From positions 1,614,001 through 1,678,000 of the forward strand of contig NC_087246.1 of NCBI RefSeq assembly GCF_037042905.1: a stretch of DNA of 64,000 nucleotides, written 5' to 3'. The notes under the pieces were generated by a model. It was not told the origin of the DNA and did no database searches. It saw nothing but the letters and a program-made list of their open reading frames with translations. The stretch's first letter is position 1, and every line of letters begins with the position of its first letter. The stretch comes from Lytechinus pictus. Lineage: Eukaryota. The translations under genes and the position numbers were made by a program. Below, in pieces: positions 14,585 to 28,080 of the stretch.

Positions 14585-16387
14585 CTTAGGCGTCGACCAA
14601 GGTTGTATGTTGTTCTCCAACTTTCAATCGGGAGGTGGGAAGATGGCGTAGATTTTTTCCACATTTTCCCCTGATCGACCGTTAAAAGCCGATTTTGCTG
14701 TTAGTTTTTTGATTGGCCATTTCTAAGTAGAACATTTAAATACATCTTTGAAAAGGAGAAGAAGAAGAAAAGGAAGAAAGAAGGAGAAGAAAATTAAAGG
14801 AGAAATAAATATGATTAAAGGAGGGAGATGATGAAAAAAAAGTAAAGGGGAGATAAAACCTTTCAGGTCGCCGTATCTATCTCGTATTTGCTGTATCAAG
14901 ATTGCAATCCCTTTCGAATCACTTTACCCCCTTCTTTATAGAAAACTGAACATTTAAGAACTTATTTAAGGCCTATACTCATGACGAACAGGAGGTATCT
15001 ATACAATAATTGATGTGAGAGCGAAGAGCGAGCTGAAAATAAATACTGGACGTTCTAAGCATTTAATTGTAATCATGACTATATAGGATATAGGTTGAAT
15101 TTTTATTATCCAACTTGAAAATTGCATGGACATTCCATTGGTACCATGAACAGGGCAGGTGGATGCGAACGCGAAGCGCGAGCTTCAAAACTGGACATTT
15201 ATTAAAGCACTTATTGTAATCATGACTTTGATAGGCATCTAACTAAACCATTGATGCGAGCGCAAAATCGCAAGCTGAAAACTTTTGATTTCCAGACTTA
15301 AATGGATGCTCCGGGCTGAAAATATTTATATTTGAATAAATAGAGTAAAATTCACTAAGCGAAATGCTGAAAATTTCATCTAAATCTGATAACATATAGC
15401 GAAAATATTGAATCTTAAAGTTTAGCAATATATTGTGAAAACAGTTATGCAAGTCGTCATGAATATTCATAAGATGGTGTCACATCCCCACTTCCCTTTT
15501 TCTTATGTTTTTACATGAAATCACAATTGTTACATTTTTCCATACAGTCATGTGGGAATGATGCATTGTCTCCCTTGAAATGAAAGTTGCAACAATGAAT
15601 ATCTAATGCATTTAATCAGTTGATATTCCAATATTTTTGGTTCTTGAAGGAAAAATTTGAATAAACCTAATTTCATATAATAAAATACAAAAGAACAAGT
15701 GGGGATGACATCATCAGTTTTCTCATTGAATATTCATGAAGACATGCCTCGAATCGTGTCACCGGAATAATGCAAATCTTTAAAATGCCATAACTTTGTT
15801 ATTCCTTGTCCGATTTCGATCAACATTTCAGTGTTTTGTTTATCTGATTTTTCTTATAAGTATGTTTAAATCATATTATTTTCAGCCTGGAGGTGTCATG
15901 AATAGGACATGTTGATGCGAGTGCGAAGCGCGAGCTTAATATTTTTTTACTTTTCATTTGAAAACTAAACATTCTAAGCACTATTTGTAACCATGACGAG
16001 GATGATCAAATGAAGTGAAGCGAGAAAGGATTTCATATTTTCCGAGCTGATCACCGAACATCCTGTGCACATTTTTGAAGCCACGAATAGGATGTTAAAT
16101 GTGAGCGCGCAACGCGAGTCGATTTTTTTTTATTCCAATCTAATAAATTGACATTTTATGCCCCTTGGTGATAAAAAAAATGCACTGCCCAAATAACAAT
16201 TCGACCGTGAAGCGCGAGCAGAAATTAATATTAAAAAACTGATTTGAAATGGACCTGTTTAAGCGCTGACTCCTCTTCTACTTATTTTTCTTCTCTTTTT
16301 CCCTTCCCATTTTTTCTGTCTTTTTTTTTTTTTGCACCGCCATTAGGTTAGGGGGAGGCTCCTACGGCTCCCCTGGATCCGCCTATG
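14585..16387. mobile_element. hAT-like element with GCGAGCGCGAAGCGCGAGC motifs, interrupted by the 15298-15895 insertion
   Basis: Right end CCTGGATCCGCCTATG is the reverse complement of the 58847 terminus; degenerate left end CTTAGGCGTCGACC. Confidence 0.55.
15298..15895. mobile_element. Kolobok-like non-autonomous element, inverted relative to 17639-18234
   Basis: TTAAATGGATGCTCCGGGCTGAAAA...TTTTCAGCCTGGAG; the interior is the reverse complement of 17639-18234. Confidence 0.7.
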
Positions 16388-16800
16388 CTTCCCTCATTTT
16401 GTCTCCCCCCTCCCTTCTTTACCTCAGGCCCCACTCTCTGTCAGCAAATCATTAAATATAACATCTTCACGTTTTCTCTTTTTGATACAGATATACATAA
16501 GGTATTGTATTTGTCTATGTATACCAGACAAAAACTGGTACTATAATGCAAATTCCAATTTACTGTGTTATATATATACTTTGTAAACTGTTGAATAATG
16601 TTTATTTACTCCTGTATTGTACTTGCATTTGATACTTTTCTTTAATTAAAAAGATGAAAACAACAATAGAACTGCTTAAAATTACAATATTAAGTAACTA
16701 TAATAATTAATTATGAGGTTTCGGTTCCCATTCTAATTATTTGTTCAATGAGATACTATCCTGTTCATGACTATGAAATGTGTTTAAAATGTCCCTTTTT

Positions 16801-17073
16801 TATGGTGGCCCTGAAGGGACATCGCAAATATAGACCAAATCGCGAATATTCACGACGAAATTGGCGACGAAATTCACGACGTCGAGAAGTTCGTCGTGAA
16901 TAATTCGCGACGAAATTGGCGACGAAATTCACGATGTCGTGAATTTCGTCGCCAATTTCGTCGTGAATATTCAAATTCACGACGAAATTGGCGACGTCGT
17001 GAATTTCGTCGCCAATTTCGTCGTGAATATTCGCGATTTGGTCTATTTGCGATGTCCCTTCAGGGCCACCATA
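16801..17073. mobile_element. Palindromic MITE with TA ends, built from 12-bp subrepeats
   Basis: TATGGTGGCCCTGAAGGGACATCGCAAATA...TATTTGCGATGTCCCTTCAGGGCCACCATA; internal CGACGAAATTGG/CGACGAAATTCA units in both orientations. Confidence 0.85.
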
Positions 17074-17638
17074 CTTTTTCAGGTCAATAGTCATACAATC
17101 ATAAAGAAAATCAAGTTCAAACGTTGATCAAACGGTAAAGCTAGCTCTCTCATTCCCTCTACCTCTCTCCAACTCTCTCGTCTTTGTAACTTCTATATCT
17201 CAACACCATTATTATTACTTCATTTTCATGCAGCTTATCAGAAATAAGTAATAGAAAATACAACTTTTCTTGCATTCATTGATTATTATATAAAATCGTT
17301 ATATTACACACGAAACAAAGTGATACAGCCAGAGATTCGTTAAGATTATGTATCACATTTAATACATCATAATATTATTTACAAACCAAGGGCAAGAATA
17401 ACAACCTAAAGAAAATCACCTTTATCCCAGGGGCAGATCCATGATTTTTTTAATTGGAAGGGGCACAGATATTTTTTGTGAAAGGAGAAAAAAGGTAATC
17501 ACTTCAAATTCGGATATTTTCTCGGTGAAAAAGTGACAAGGACAAAATTATTCAAACCAGGACCCACTCATTCTCACCATGCATGCCATGTGGCCCTCCT
17601 AATTGTGCACCCACTGCAATGGATCCACTCCTATACCT

Positions 17639-18234
17639 TTAAAGGGATGCTCCAGGCTGAGAATAATATGATATAACAGATAAAGAAAAATCAGACAAAC
17701 AAAACACTGAAAATTTGATCAAAATCGGACTAGGATTAACAAAGTTATGGCATTTTAAAGATTTGCATTATTCCGGTGAAACAGTTCTAGGTATGTCTTC
17801 ATGGATATTCAATGAGCAACTTGATGATGTCATATCCCCACTTGTTCTTTTTATATTTTATTATATGAAATTGGGTTTATCCAAAAAAAATTATACCAAG
17901 AACTAAAAAGATTGGATTGATAACTGATTTAATGCATTATATATATATTCATTGCTGCAACTTTTTTCATTATAAAGGAGACACATTATTCACACATGAC
18001 GATTATGATTTCATGTAATAACATAAGAAAAAGAAAAGTCGGGATGTGACATCACCAGTCCACCTAATGAATATTCATGATGACGTGCATATAACTATTT
18101 TCACAAAATATTGCTAAATTTCAAAATTCAATAACTTCATTATCCGATTTTGATGAAATTTTCTGCATTTTGCTTTGTGAATTCGACTCTATTTATTTAG
18201 ATATAAATATTTTCAGCCCGGAGTACCCATTTAA
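17639..18234. mobile_element. Kolobok-like non-autonomous element
   Basis: TTAAAGGGATGCTCCAGGCTGA...TCAGCCCGGAGTACCCATTTAA. Confidence 0.72.
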
Positions 18235-19401
18235 CGTTGATTTCCACAACCCATTTCGGCTCGACTATATACGTGAGTAAAGACAACAGAATGCTTAGTT
18301 AAAGGTTTCCATTGAACTATACCATCTTTTTTTCTATGGATACCGGACTATAAATAACCCTTCATACTCCATGTGATATACAATACTACCATGATTATGA
18401 GAATAAAATGACATAATACAAACGGAGGGGTGGCGGTATGAATTTTGGGCCAACGGCAGGTAAAACATTCTATGAATATATAGACATTCTTTTTTATAAT
18501 AATCTATGCTGAAAAAGACGCCCTAGACCGACATTTATATAAATACTAAATTTTAGACAAATTCAATTCACAATAAAACTAAAAATAAATAATGTATTGT
18601 ATGAAAACGAAAGCCTATACAGTGCATACCGCACAATCGTATACCGTTCGACACTGTCTTGAAAAATACAAATATATAAATATAAATGAACCAACCATTT
18701 TTATGTGTATGCTCCTCCCTTTGAAATATGTTATCTGTATGCAAATTTCAGCAAAGGGTTTTGATAGTGTATGGTCGAGTCGATTTTCATTAATCATTCA
18801 TTTTATAAATAATACAATAGAAACTGTTTTATCAAAATGCATATAAATATATTATACTGTAGGACAGTGTAGGTGTAGATATTTTACAGGACTTTATTCA
18901 AAGCTTCAAGGCTCATGCACGAGTGAAACCCAAATTGCAAATATTATGTCCTATCTAATTCAAGAGCTTAAATAGTTAAAGACAAATAAGAAACAATACT
19001 CAAGTGGAACAGAAATATTTACTTTGTTGGCAAATACTTAATAGCAGGCATTTGATAATTAATTTTCGTTTACTATCTGCGATTACTGAGACTATAAATT
19101 AATTCAACGTTCAACTCCTTATTGAAACTGAGCATCCATGATTAGATATTAATAACTAAGTAGTTGTGAGCCAATTTATTGAATCCTAACAGTTACACAT
19201 AGAATAATATTTCACCCTCCTATACCATCAGTCTGGGTACTTCATTTTCATGATTTCATCATTAGATCATCTGATCCATTCTAGACCATATTATTGTTTA
19301 CACTATAGGCCTATCGAGGATATCAATATACAGTAGAGTATAGTGATTAAACAATACAGATGTCAAATGGTCTTTGGTAACTTTCAAGATTGGTTTGGTT
19401 G

Positions 19402-22400
19402 CTATGGTAACGCATCACCATCCTGTATCATCCTGATCTCTCTAGCTAGCTGACATTGAGCACAGCATGGACACAGTGTGGTTACAAGACAGTCATTCAT
19501 TACAGAACCCTGCAGAATTCAAATACAAACAATAAGAAACAACAACAGGTGATGATAATGATGATGATGATGATGATGACGATGATGCCTGTGGCGGTGG
19601 TACGTGGTGATGGTGACCATCATTATTTATGATGTGCTTATGAAGAGATAAACCTGAAGTTAATAATGGGATTATACAATACGGTGTTGCTGTTAATTTA
19701 GTTTTGGTGTTGTTTTAACAGCTCAAAAAATATTACCAAATCTGAATCTCCAATTTCCCCCCAAACTGGCATTTCCCAGAATCTTTAAGTTTGATTTCTA
19801 AAAAAAAATCAGACGGTAATTCAGGCCTAGTGACAAAAAAATCAAGCCTTTATTCGGCCTTTGTTGTTCACGTACTTCATAATACGAGGACAAACTCACT
19901 AAAGTAAGGACGGAGTGCGAGCGATCGATTTTGGAAAGCTATAATATAAACTTTTTTTTTTAAATTCAATCACTGTTTACAATTAATTTTCGGATTTCCT
20001 GGAATTACAAGGATTTTTTTGAAAATTTTCCAAAGATAGTACGCGGGTTTCCGTCCAGGAATTGAGGAAATTAATTTACTTCAAAATGGACACACTGCAT
20101 GGTGTACAGTATAAATATTTGGTTATCAAAACTGTTACGTAGCCAGTTGTTGTATTAGAATAATCAAAAGCCATGATGATTTGGGCAGAAGCGGATCCCG
20201 GATTGACAGTATACAGGACATATAGGAGGAGGTAAGATGAGGCTCACCTTTTCTTCCCAAACTGTTACAAGCAACGCTCGACAACAAAAATCATCATTCC
20301 ACGCCATCTTGATGCCATGGCGTCCAAACTTTTTTCTACACTTTTCAATCTTATTTTCTCAATATGTTCACTTCATTTTTGCGGAGGGTATGCAAGGGCG
20401 GAAATCTCTCCCCAAAGGTAGGGGGACCAGGGGCTGGAAAATTTCACAATTAAGGAAAAAAAAGGTTACCACTCCAAATGTAAGGTCATTTCTGCCAAAA
20501 TAAATTTGACAAGCCCCCCCCCCCAAAAAAAAAAAGGGTTATCAACCCAAATGTATAAGGTCATTTCGACAAAAATAAATTTGACAAGCAAAAAAAAACG
20601 AAAGGTGGTCTCAAAAAACTAAGGTCATCTCGTCCAAAATACACATGTTTTATTTCGATTTTGAATGATGCATTTCTTTCCATCATGAAAGACCAAAAAT
20701 AGTAAGGGGAAATTTTATATTGTGTCCCCCTTATCCAGTGGCGTACCGTGGGTCACAAGCAAAAATTTTGAGTCACTTAGTGAGCGCGCTCAGTTGCCAG
20801 GTATACTGACCTAATAGACATTTTAAGGACAATGCCATTAAACGGATATGCATCTCACTGATAAAATAATGCGAGCGCGAAGTGCGAGCTGAAATTTGTG
20901 TATACAGTGCGTATCAAAAAAAAGTTTACACTTAGAAAAAATCCTCTAAAATTATACATTTGTAATATCCTGACAAATTTTGCACATATTAACATTGGTA
21001 CAGATCCATTTAAGCAAATGACGATATAACTGTCGAAAAATATTTCCGCTTGAGTGAGCACCACTTACTTTTGAAAGTTAGTGAAAAATTATTTGCGCAG
21101 AACTTTGAAATAGTTATGCGAATAAAAGTAGACCTTAATCATAAAGAACATGTGGAATTTAGCTAGTAAAATTGATTTGAAGATATATTTCACCTTTTTC
21201 AACTTGTCTCCTTGCCCAAAACACTTCGAAGAGTGCATTGCGCCCCACCCGACTCCCCACACACCGAGGCCATCGTGACGATATTTGCTTTACACTGAGC
21301 TGTGATTTACATGAAATGGCTTAGGCTTGATTTTCATTTTGTTAATCATTGTCATTTGTCAAGCTTGGGAAAGGTGTGGAGAAACAAGTATTAAATGAAA
21401 AATGAAATGTAAACCCACTTTAAATGATAAAAACTTAGTGAAAAAATGCTTGAGACGTCTGATATAAACTTTTGTTCAGATTCAGTTATGTCCCCAGATC
21501 CAGCTGGCACAAAAAAGGTAAAGGTTGTGCTTACTAATACTAAGTGTTGAAATTTCAATTTGGGTGGCAAAATTGTTACAAAATGCTTGAATGTATCCGT
21601 TTTATTTCAATTGACTAAAATTGCAAGTGAAATGTATGAGAAATGTTTCGCAGGGTAAGTTTGATTTCGCCCTTTCCCCTTGACACAGCGTGAAAATGAG
21701 CATTTCTGCGCAAACAGATTTCTGCGAGCTTTACAAAAATGGACAGTGCTCACTCAAGTGTAACATTCTGTCAAAACTATTACTTCCATTGGATAGATGA
21801 GACCCAAACCCAAGATTATATGTGAAAAAATTACCCACATGTTGTATATTTTTTAATTCCCAGGGCTTGTTCAAAGTGTAAACTTTTTTTTGATACGCAC
21901 TGTATATTGACCCCAAACAGTGAGGTTTTAAGGACTATATTTTAGGAATCCATTAACAGTATACATATCTCACCATAGTCATGTAATGCGAGTGCCAAGC
22001 GCTTGCTGATGTTGTTAGAATTACATCTGAACACATGAGACACTTTTTGTATTTATTGTAATCATGATTATCATACGCATCTCACTAAACAAATATTGCG
22101 AGCGCGAAGCGCGAGCTGAAAATTTAGATAATTCGGACCTGAAGTGGGGCATTCTAAGGCTTGTTTGTAGGAAATCACTAAGACCATACGTATTTCATTA
22201 ACCAAATGATGCGAGCGCGAGCTTAAAATTTCTGATATTTAGATCAGAAAAAAGGACATTTTAAGGACTGATTTTAGGAATTCATGGAGAGCAGACATAT
22301 CTCACCAATCCACGAATGCGAACGTAATCACGGACAGGAAATGTTTTATATTAAGACCTTAACATGGGGCAATCACTTTAAGAAGTCATGAAAAAGAAGC

Positions 22401-25375
22401 ATATAGGTCATTACATAAAACAATAATAACTCGAAGTGCGAGGAAATATATTTGGTGTATATTGACTTGAAAACGGGGGGGTTTTAGTACAACAGGATTA
22501 TACAGTGCGTCCCAGAAAAAACGAAACCGAGATTTAGCAATGATTTATCATAACTTAATCAAAAATAAAATAGACAAATGACCTACCAATGTAAAGCTTA
22601 GAATCTCCTCTTTCATTTGATATTATTTAGATTATTCCTCATTCACGCATGAGTGAGCAAAAACAATTTGAAGAAAGGATGCCAAAAACTCACTTGGCGG
22701 GGGGTATATGAATTTCAAAAAGAAAATCACATGTCTTAAAAGTTCAATATCTGCTTTTTAATTTGATACCTCAATTACAGAAAATGGTCAAGAAATAACA
22801 AAGTTCTGGTTATTTGAAATAAGGCCTAAATTTCCATAATTTCATTAAATAAACTGTTTTCACCGGTTTCCCACAGAAGCTATCGCATGGACTTAATGCA
22901 TGGCTGATCGTAAACAAAACGGAGTGTCGAGTGAGTTTGAACGCTAGCCTGTAAGACCTCTTCATTTTATGAAATTATTGAATTCAAGCCTTATTTCAAA
23001 TAACCAGAACTTTGTTATTTTCTGTAATTGAGGTTTCAAATTAAAGAGCAGATATTGAACTTTTTAAAAATGTGGTTTTCCTTTTGAAAGCTAGATACAA
23101 TCCGCCAAATGACTTTTTGGTATCCCCTCTTCAAATTGTTTTTGCTCACTCATGCGTGAAGGAGAAATAATCTAATTAATATCAGATGAAAGAAGAGATT
23201 CTAAGCTTTACATTGATAGGTCATTTGTCTGTTTTATTTGTGATTAAGTTATGATAAATCATCGCTAAATCTCGGTTTCGTTTTTTCTGGGACGCACTGT
23301 ATATCTCGTTAAACAGAAAATGTGAGCTCCAGGAACAATGAAGACATAGGCCCTGAGCAAATTATGTTTCATAAAGTTATGATAAAAATATTTCTTATGC
23401 AATGTAACATAACATAATTATAATATAACAATATAACTCTTTCCCACTACGTTTATCTCCTTTTCCCCGTTTTTTTTGGTCAGCCGATGGGGGGGGGGGG
23501 GGGGGGGGGGGCACGTGCCCCTCATGCCCCCGTAGTTACGCCACTGCCCTTATCCACCACTTGATTTCTGGTTCCCCTGATAGGTCTAAAGGTGTATGCT
23601 CATTTCACTGCCCTCCATGATTTCAATAATGAAACAACAGTTGGCTAAACTCACCTCAATGTTATGTCGCCCTCTGAGTAATGTCCTAAGGACAAGGTTA
23701 GAGAATGGAACACACGCCCCTGCTAGCAGACTTTCACCCATTGATGAGGCTATGAAACACATGTGACATGGTACAAACGTCCCCATTAAACCTGTATTTA
23801 AAAAAACCCGAAAACACAAACAAACAAGAAAAATCATAATAAACAGTTTAATCATAAGTGAATAAAAAACAATCATGAATGTTTCTTAGATTTTTTTTTC
23901 CGAGTGCTATGCTATCGTACAATACACTTTCTAGAAAAATATGCACCCCTTGGGCCCTATACCAAATCGTTCCTAGGGCCATGCTAATTTTATTGTTTTT
24001 TAAATACTTTATTTCATAATTTTGTTCCCCATTTCCCCTATCAATGTTCACTACTTGATAAAAAAATCATAGCGGCCGGGTTTTCACTGCCCCCCATGTG
24101 GCGACGCCCAGTTTTATAGTTCCGAAATTATGACTATACTTGAAGAAACGATTATTAAAAAAAATATTTTCTTTTACAAATACATATTCGAATAATCGAA
24201 TCACTTACAGGTATTTACATCTTTAGAGCAGCTGAATAACCCAGTAGACCACAATCGACGCTTGCCATTGGGATATAACCACGGATAGAGAGGAATCTAG
24301 AATATTAAAAAATGGTTACATTCAGTTATTCAAAGGCTCGTTAATCCGAAAGTTATAATATTCCGAAGGTTCAAATATATCCCGAAAAATGGAGAGGTTC
24401 GATTTTCTGAAGGTTTACTACGCAAACGGTTATTTCAAAGATGTAGCTCAGCTAATGAACCTCATTAGTATTTTGTTAACGAAAAATCGAAACTTTGGAA
24501 TAACAAACCTCTTCTTTTCGGGTCAATGCTGCAAAATGTTTGGATTAACGAACATCTTTGGTTTATATAAGTTGCGTGTTACAGAATATTCTTTCGGAAT
24601 AACGAACCTGCAGAGTATAGGAGCGTATGCCTGTATAGAATGAAATAGTTCAAATCTGATGCATTCCACCGGGCTTTGCTTATAATCAACATCTTACAGA
24701 CTGGGATTCTGAAGTTTCATGAAGCTAATTGTTTGCATGTGCTGAATTATGCCATTGTGCCATTCAATTTAAAACTTTGGTGAACATGTTTTATGAATGA
24801 CGCATCCCCCTTCTTCGTGAAGATACCCACTATAATCCTGATGATGATGGAGGTGTTTGATGCATAATGTTCTGTTCTATGATGAAAATGAGTGTCTCAT
24901 GACTTTCCCTATACTAATCACCCCTTTCCCCTAAGCAGGTGTTATTTGGCTTGCTTTCAAAAAATTAAACACTAGGACATGTATGTCATTGTCTTTTAGA
25001 AAAGGAAATATATTGGGAATTCTAGACGATAAAATGTAATAAGAAACACTATTTTTTTTTACAACAAAAATTTTGTCGCGAGATGTTGTTGCCTTGGACC
25101 ACATTAGACGTTTGTATCTATTGTAGGCCTAATATAGAGACCCACAAAATATTTGGCATGAGTATATCAAAGTGCCGCTAAAATGGTCTCTATAGCAAAT
25201 TCAATATATATTGTGTTTTACGTGGAAATAAATACAAATAAAACAAACGATATGTATTTACATCATTGCTCTGTTGATCAATGGATGTGAGTGATGTATC
25301 GACCCTCTCAATACTTCCTCGAGGCTGTGCAGTCACTATAGGCTGCCATTCAAACGACATGGCTACAGTAGACAT
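19402..25375 (-). CDS. PLAC8/cornifelin-family cysteine-rich protein, 148 aa; coding exons 25375-25262, 24296-24209, 23791-23655, 19509-19402
   Basis: Spliced product MSTVAMSFEWQPIVTAQPRGSIERVDTSLTSIDQQSND|IPLYPWLYPNGKRRLWSTGLFSCSKDVNTC|LMGTFVPCHMCFIASSMGESLLAGACVPFSNLVLRTLLRGRHNIE|GSVMNDCLVTTLCPCCAQCQLAREIRMIQDGDALP*. Carries PLAC8 motifs W.TGLF.C..D...C, LR...R..H.I.GS...DC and CPCC..CQ..RE. All introns GT-AG with consistent phases 0, 1, 0. Probable non-coding first exon with donor at 25918. Confidence 0.9.
19549..19590. repeat. (GAT)n microsatellite
   Basis: gatgataatgatgatgatgatgatgatgacgatgatg just upstream of the last PLAC8 exon acceptor. Confidence 0.85.
20905..21902. mobile_element. 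Tc1/mariner-like non-autonomous element
   Basis: TA|CAGTGCGTATCAAAAAAAAGTTTACACTT...AAGTGTAAACTTTTTTTTGATACGCACTG|TA, with extended subterminal inverted similarity. Confidence 0.85.
22503..23299. mobile_element. Tc1/mariner-like foldback MITE with very long TIRs
   Basis: TA|CAGTGCGTCCCAGAAAAAACGAAACCGAGATTTAGC...GCTAAATCTCGGTTTCGTTTTTTCTGGGACGCACTG|TA; arms complementary over roughly 300 bp or more. Confidence 0.88.
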
Positions 25376-26960
25376 TAACTAGAAAAACACGAAATAAACA
25401 AACAAAAACAACATTGAAATGATGTGAGGAACAATTCTGATTTAGTCATGTATATACACTTGAAATATTAATATGAATTATAAATAATGTAATAAAATAA
25501 GAAGTTGACCCTGCCTTTGCATTAATGTTCTTTACAGCCAGGATGTACGTATGTGTGTCGAATCTAGCGATGCTTGTGAATATAGCATTGGTACCTTTAT
25601 TGGGTTCATATTCTAAATTATCTTGAAATAAATGTATATTGGCCTAAACACAGAAATTTCTTTAGTCAAGACTCTTGACACCTTGACGTTCGTTTGACCC
25701 TTCACCCTTTATTAAACGGTAATCTGAGTCTGAAAAGCAGAGATGCGTGAAACCATTTCAGAATATTGATCTGACAGAGAGGGAGATAACATGTAGACCA
25801 GTATATATATTGTTAATTACTGGATATATAGGATATACTAAATGGAACTCCTTCCGCTATAATTATCTCTTAATGATGACTAAAAAGCAAATACAAGATT
25901 CGAACTATGTAAACTTACCGGTCTGTATACTGGATTCAATCAAACAAATACGTTATGCAAGAGACAAGATGGTGCTGTGTATCTATTGTAGCCAGCAGTT
26001 TTATTTCGTAGATGAATGTATAAGCACTATATTTATTCAATCCTGAGAAAGATTTCGAACACTTGAATGTAGTTTCAGAATCGTAGAGCTGCCAATTTAT
26101 CGTTAAATTCCGTCTTGATTATTCACATTCTACAAAACTTGTTGATAACTTGCTCGTGGTACTTGAATCATAACATCCACTTCAACGTCTGGACAAAACT
26201 TCCGAGTTGTGAAGTGTTTACATAAACGGACAGACCTGTATTGGAGCTTGTATCTTTTTTACTTCTCTGTTTGTGTAAATCTATCTATTCATTCTCCATA
26301 GACACAATAGAAGATAGAAGAAAGTGAATAGCGCACAGCCAGGGACTTCAAACATAGTCACCGGTTATTCTTCTTCGTCATCAGAGCGAAGAGGATTGTT
26401 GCTTTCAAAAGGGATTTATTATTATTCTTCGTTAAAATAGTTAAATGGCGGGAAGTGGGCGTACGTGGAAAGAAAATGGTAACCCCCCCCCCCCAACGAG
26501 CTGCATTAAGTTTTTATGCAGACAGGGAATTCCGATTTATTTTCATCGAATTCAATTCCATCGAGCACGATCTTAATAAGATTTGACGCATTCTTTTTGG
26601 TCCACCGATCGGGGGTGCTATAAAAAAAAATTTTTAACCAATAAACAGCAAATGAAACATAGACTTAGGTTATCATTGTTTCAGTAATTGTATAACCACT
26701 TGCTATTTAACCAACAATAGATGTTCAGACATTACTTATTAAACTAATTTTAAATGTCAGTGACATGTGTGTGTGCTATGTCCGTTTAAGACCCGGGTTT
26801 AAGATGCGTTTTTTTTTAACATAACATACTTGCACGTGGGGTGTTTTTAGTACTTTTCACTTAGAAATTAGAACTCAATAAGATCAAGGGTAGCGCCAGG
26901 GTATTTTGATAGGGGGGGGGGTAAAACGAAGTCACCTCTCCTTCCCTAGATAGGCTCCTA

Positions 26961-27120
26961 TATTGTCTGCTGACACCGACCCTGATTGAAACTTTATTCA
27001 ACGAGTGGGTCTTCACACAAGATGAGCACATATAAAACTTTCTGGCCCTTAATGCACAAGTCATTGTAGACTGCGCATTCAGACCCTTTAACACGATTGA
27101 GAGATTTGTGCGGCAGACTA
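26961..27120. mobile_element. MITE of the same family as 61619-61782
   Basis: Shared internal gaccctgattg and cattcagaccctt, GCAGACTA end, TAGGCTCCT on both flanks. Confidence 0.65.
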
Positions 27121-27867
27121 CTAGGCTCCTTTTACTCTGGCTACAAGGAGACCCATCTCATCCTCTTCTATTTCTAATTACGCCGGTTTTATCATCACTT
27201 TGTACTCCAGACGCGTTATACCAAATATTTTAGGGGTAGACATGGCATATGGGGCATTATTTTCCTCTTTTTTTTTTTTACATATGCAATACAAAAATGT
27301 AATTCTGTAATACATTTTGACATAATATTAAGAAAATAGTACATTTAAACCCCTTCCCCCTTTTTCCCTTAAACATTTTTTTGGTAGTGAAGTTTTTTTG
27401 GGGGTCCATGGCCCCACATCATTACACTATTGACGCATTGGAGATACTGCCATTGCTGTTGATATTCAGAATCATCTCTAGCTCCCTGCCCCGGCTCTAT
27501 CTCCTCTTTCCTCATCTCATTTCCCTCTGGTTTCCTTAAAGGGAAAGTTGGGGAAAATGTAACCGGATGCCACATTTGTTTTTCAGGAGGTAGAAAACAA
27601 TCAGTCGTGAAAATCCATTAAATAATAATAACATAATATTTTCAACTTTTGATATCATTCTGTGATATCTCGAGCAGCTCAACAAAGTAGGCCTAAGTTG
27701 TGAAATATAGATCCCATAAATTGCCATTTCTTAACGGTTACTGGAATTTTTTTCCATGGAAGTTTAATGAAATAATGTGTCTGATTACTCATTGATTTCA
27801 CAAACATACTTTTGTTGTATTTTTAAAAAAACTCTATCTTATTTCAGCCTGGCGTGTTTTCCTTCAA

Positions 27868-28080
27868 CAAGAAATTTACCCACATTGTGCTGCACTCAAC
27901 CCAGGTAAAGTGAATGGGTACCCGGTAGGAAGAAATTTCTCGAATGCTCGAGCGCCCGATCAAGGTAGCCGTGCTAAAGCCGGGGTAATAATAACATAAT
28001 CATGTTAAGCAGGGCCCGCTGGGAGAACAGTTTTCAACTGAAGTGGCTACCCTGGGTAAATTATGACGTTATTATTATTT
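27868..28080 (+). mobile_element. 5'-truncated SINE fragment
   Basis: Core ACTCAACCCAGGT...AATGGGTACCCGGTAGGA shared with 54815; (TTA)n tail. Confidence 0.6.

Larger units (their letters stand above)
20736..23546. mobile_element. hAT-like non-autonomous element in the last intron of the PLAC8 gene, carrying two nested Tc1/mariner MITEs
   Basis: TIR CAGTGGCGTA...TACGCCACTG with perfect 8-bp TSD CCCTTATC; internal GCGAGCGCGAAGCGCGAGC motifs. Confidence 0.85.

Noticed and set aside
16771..17127. Repetitive ORFs (IHDEIGDE..., SRRNWRR...)
   Set aside because: By-products of a 12-bp-unit palindromic MITE; open on both strands because of the repeat period.
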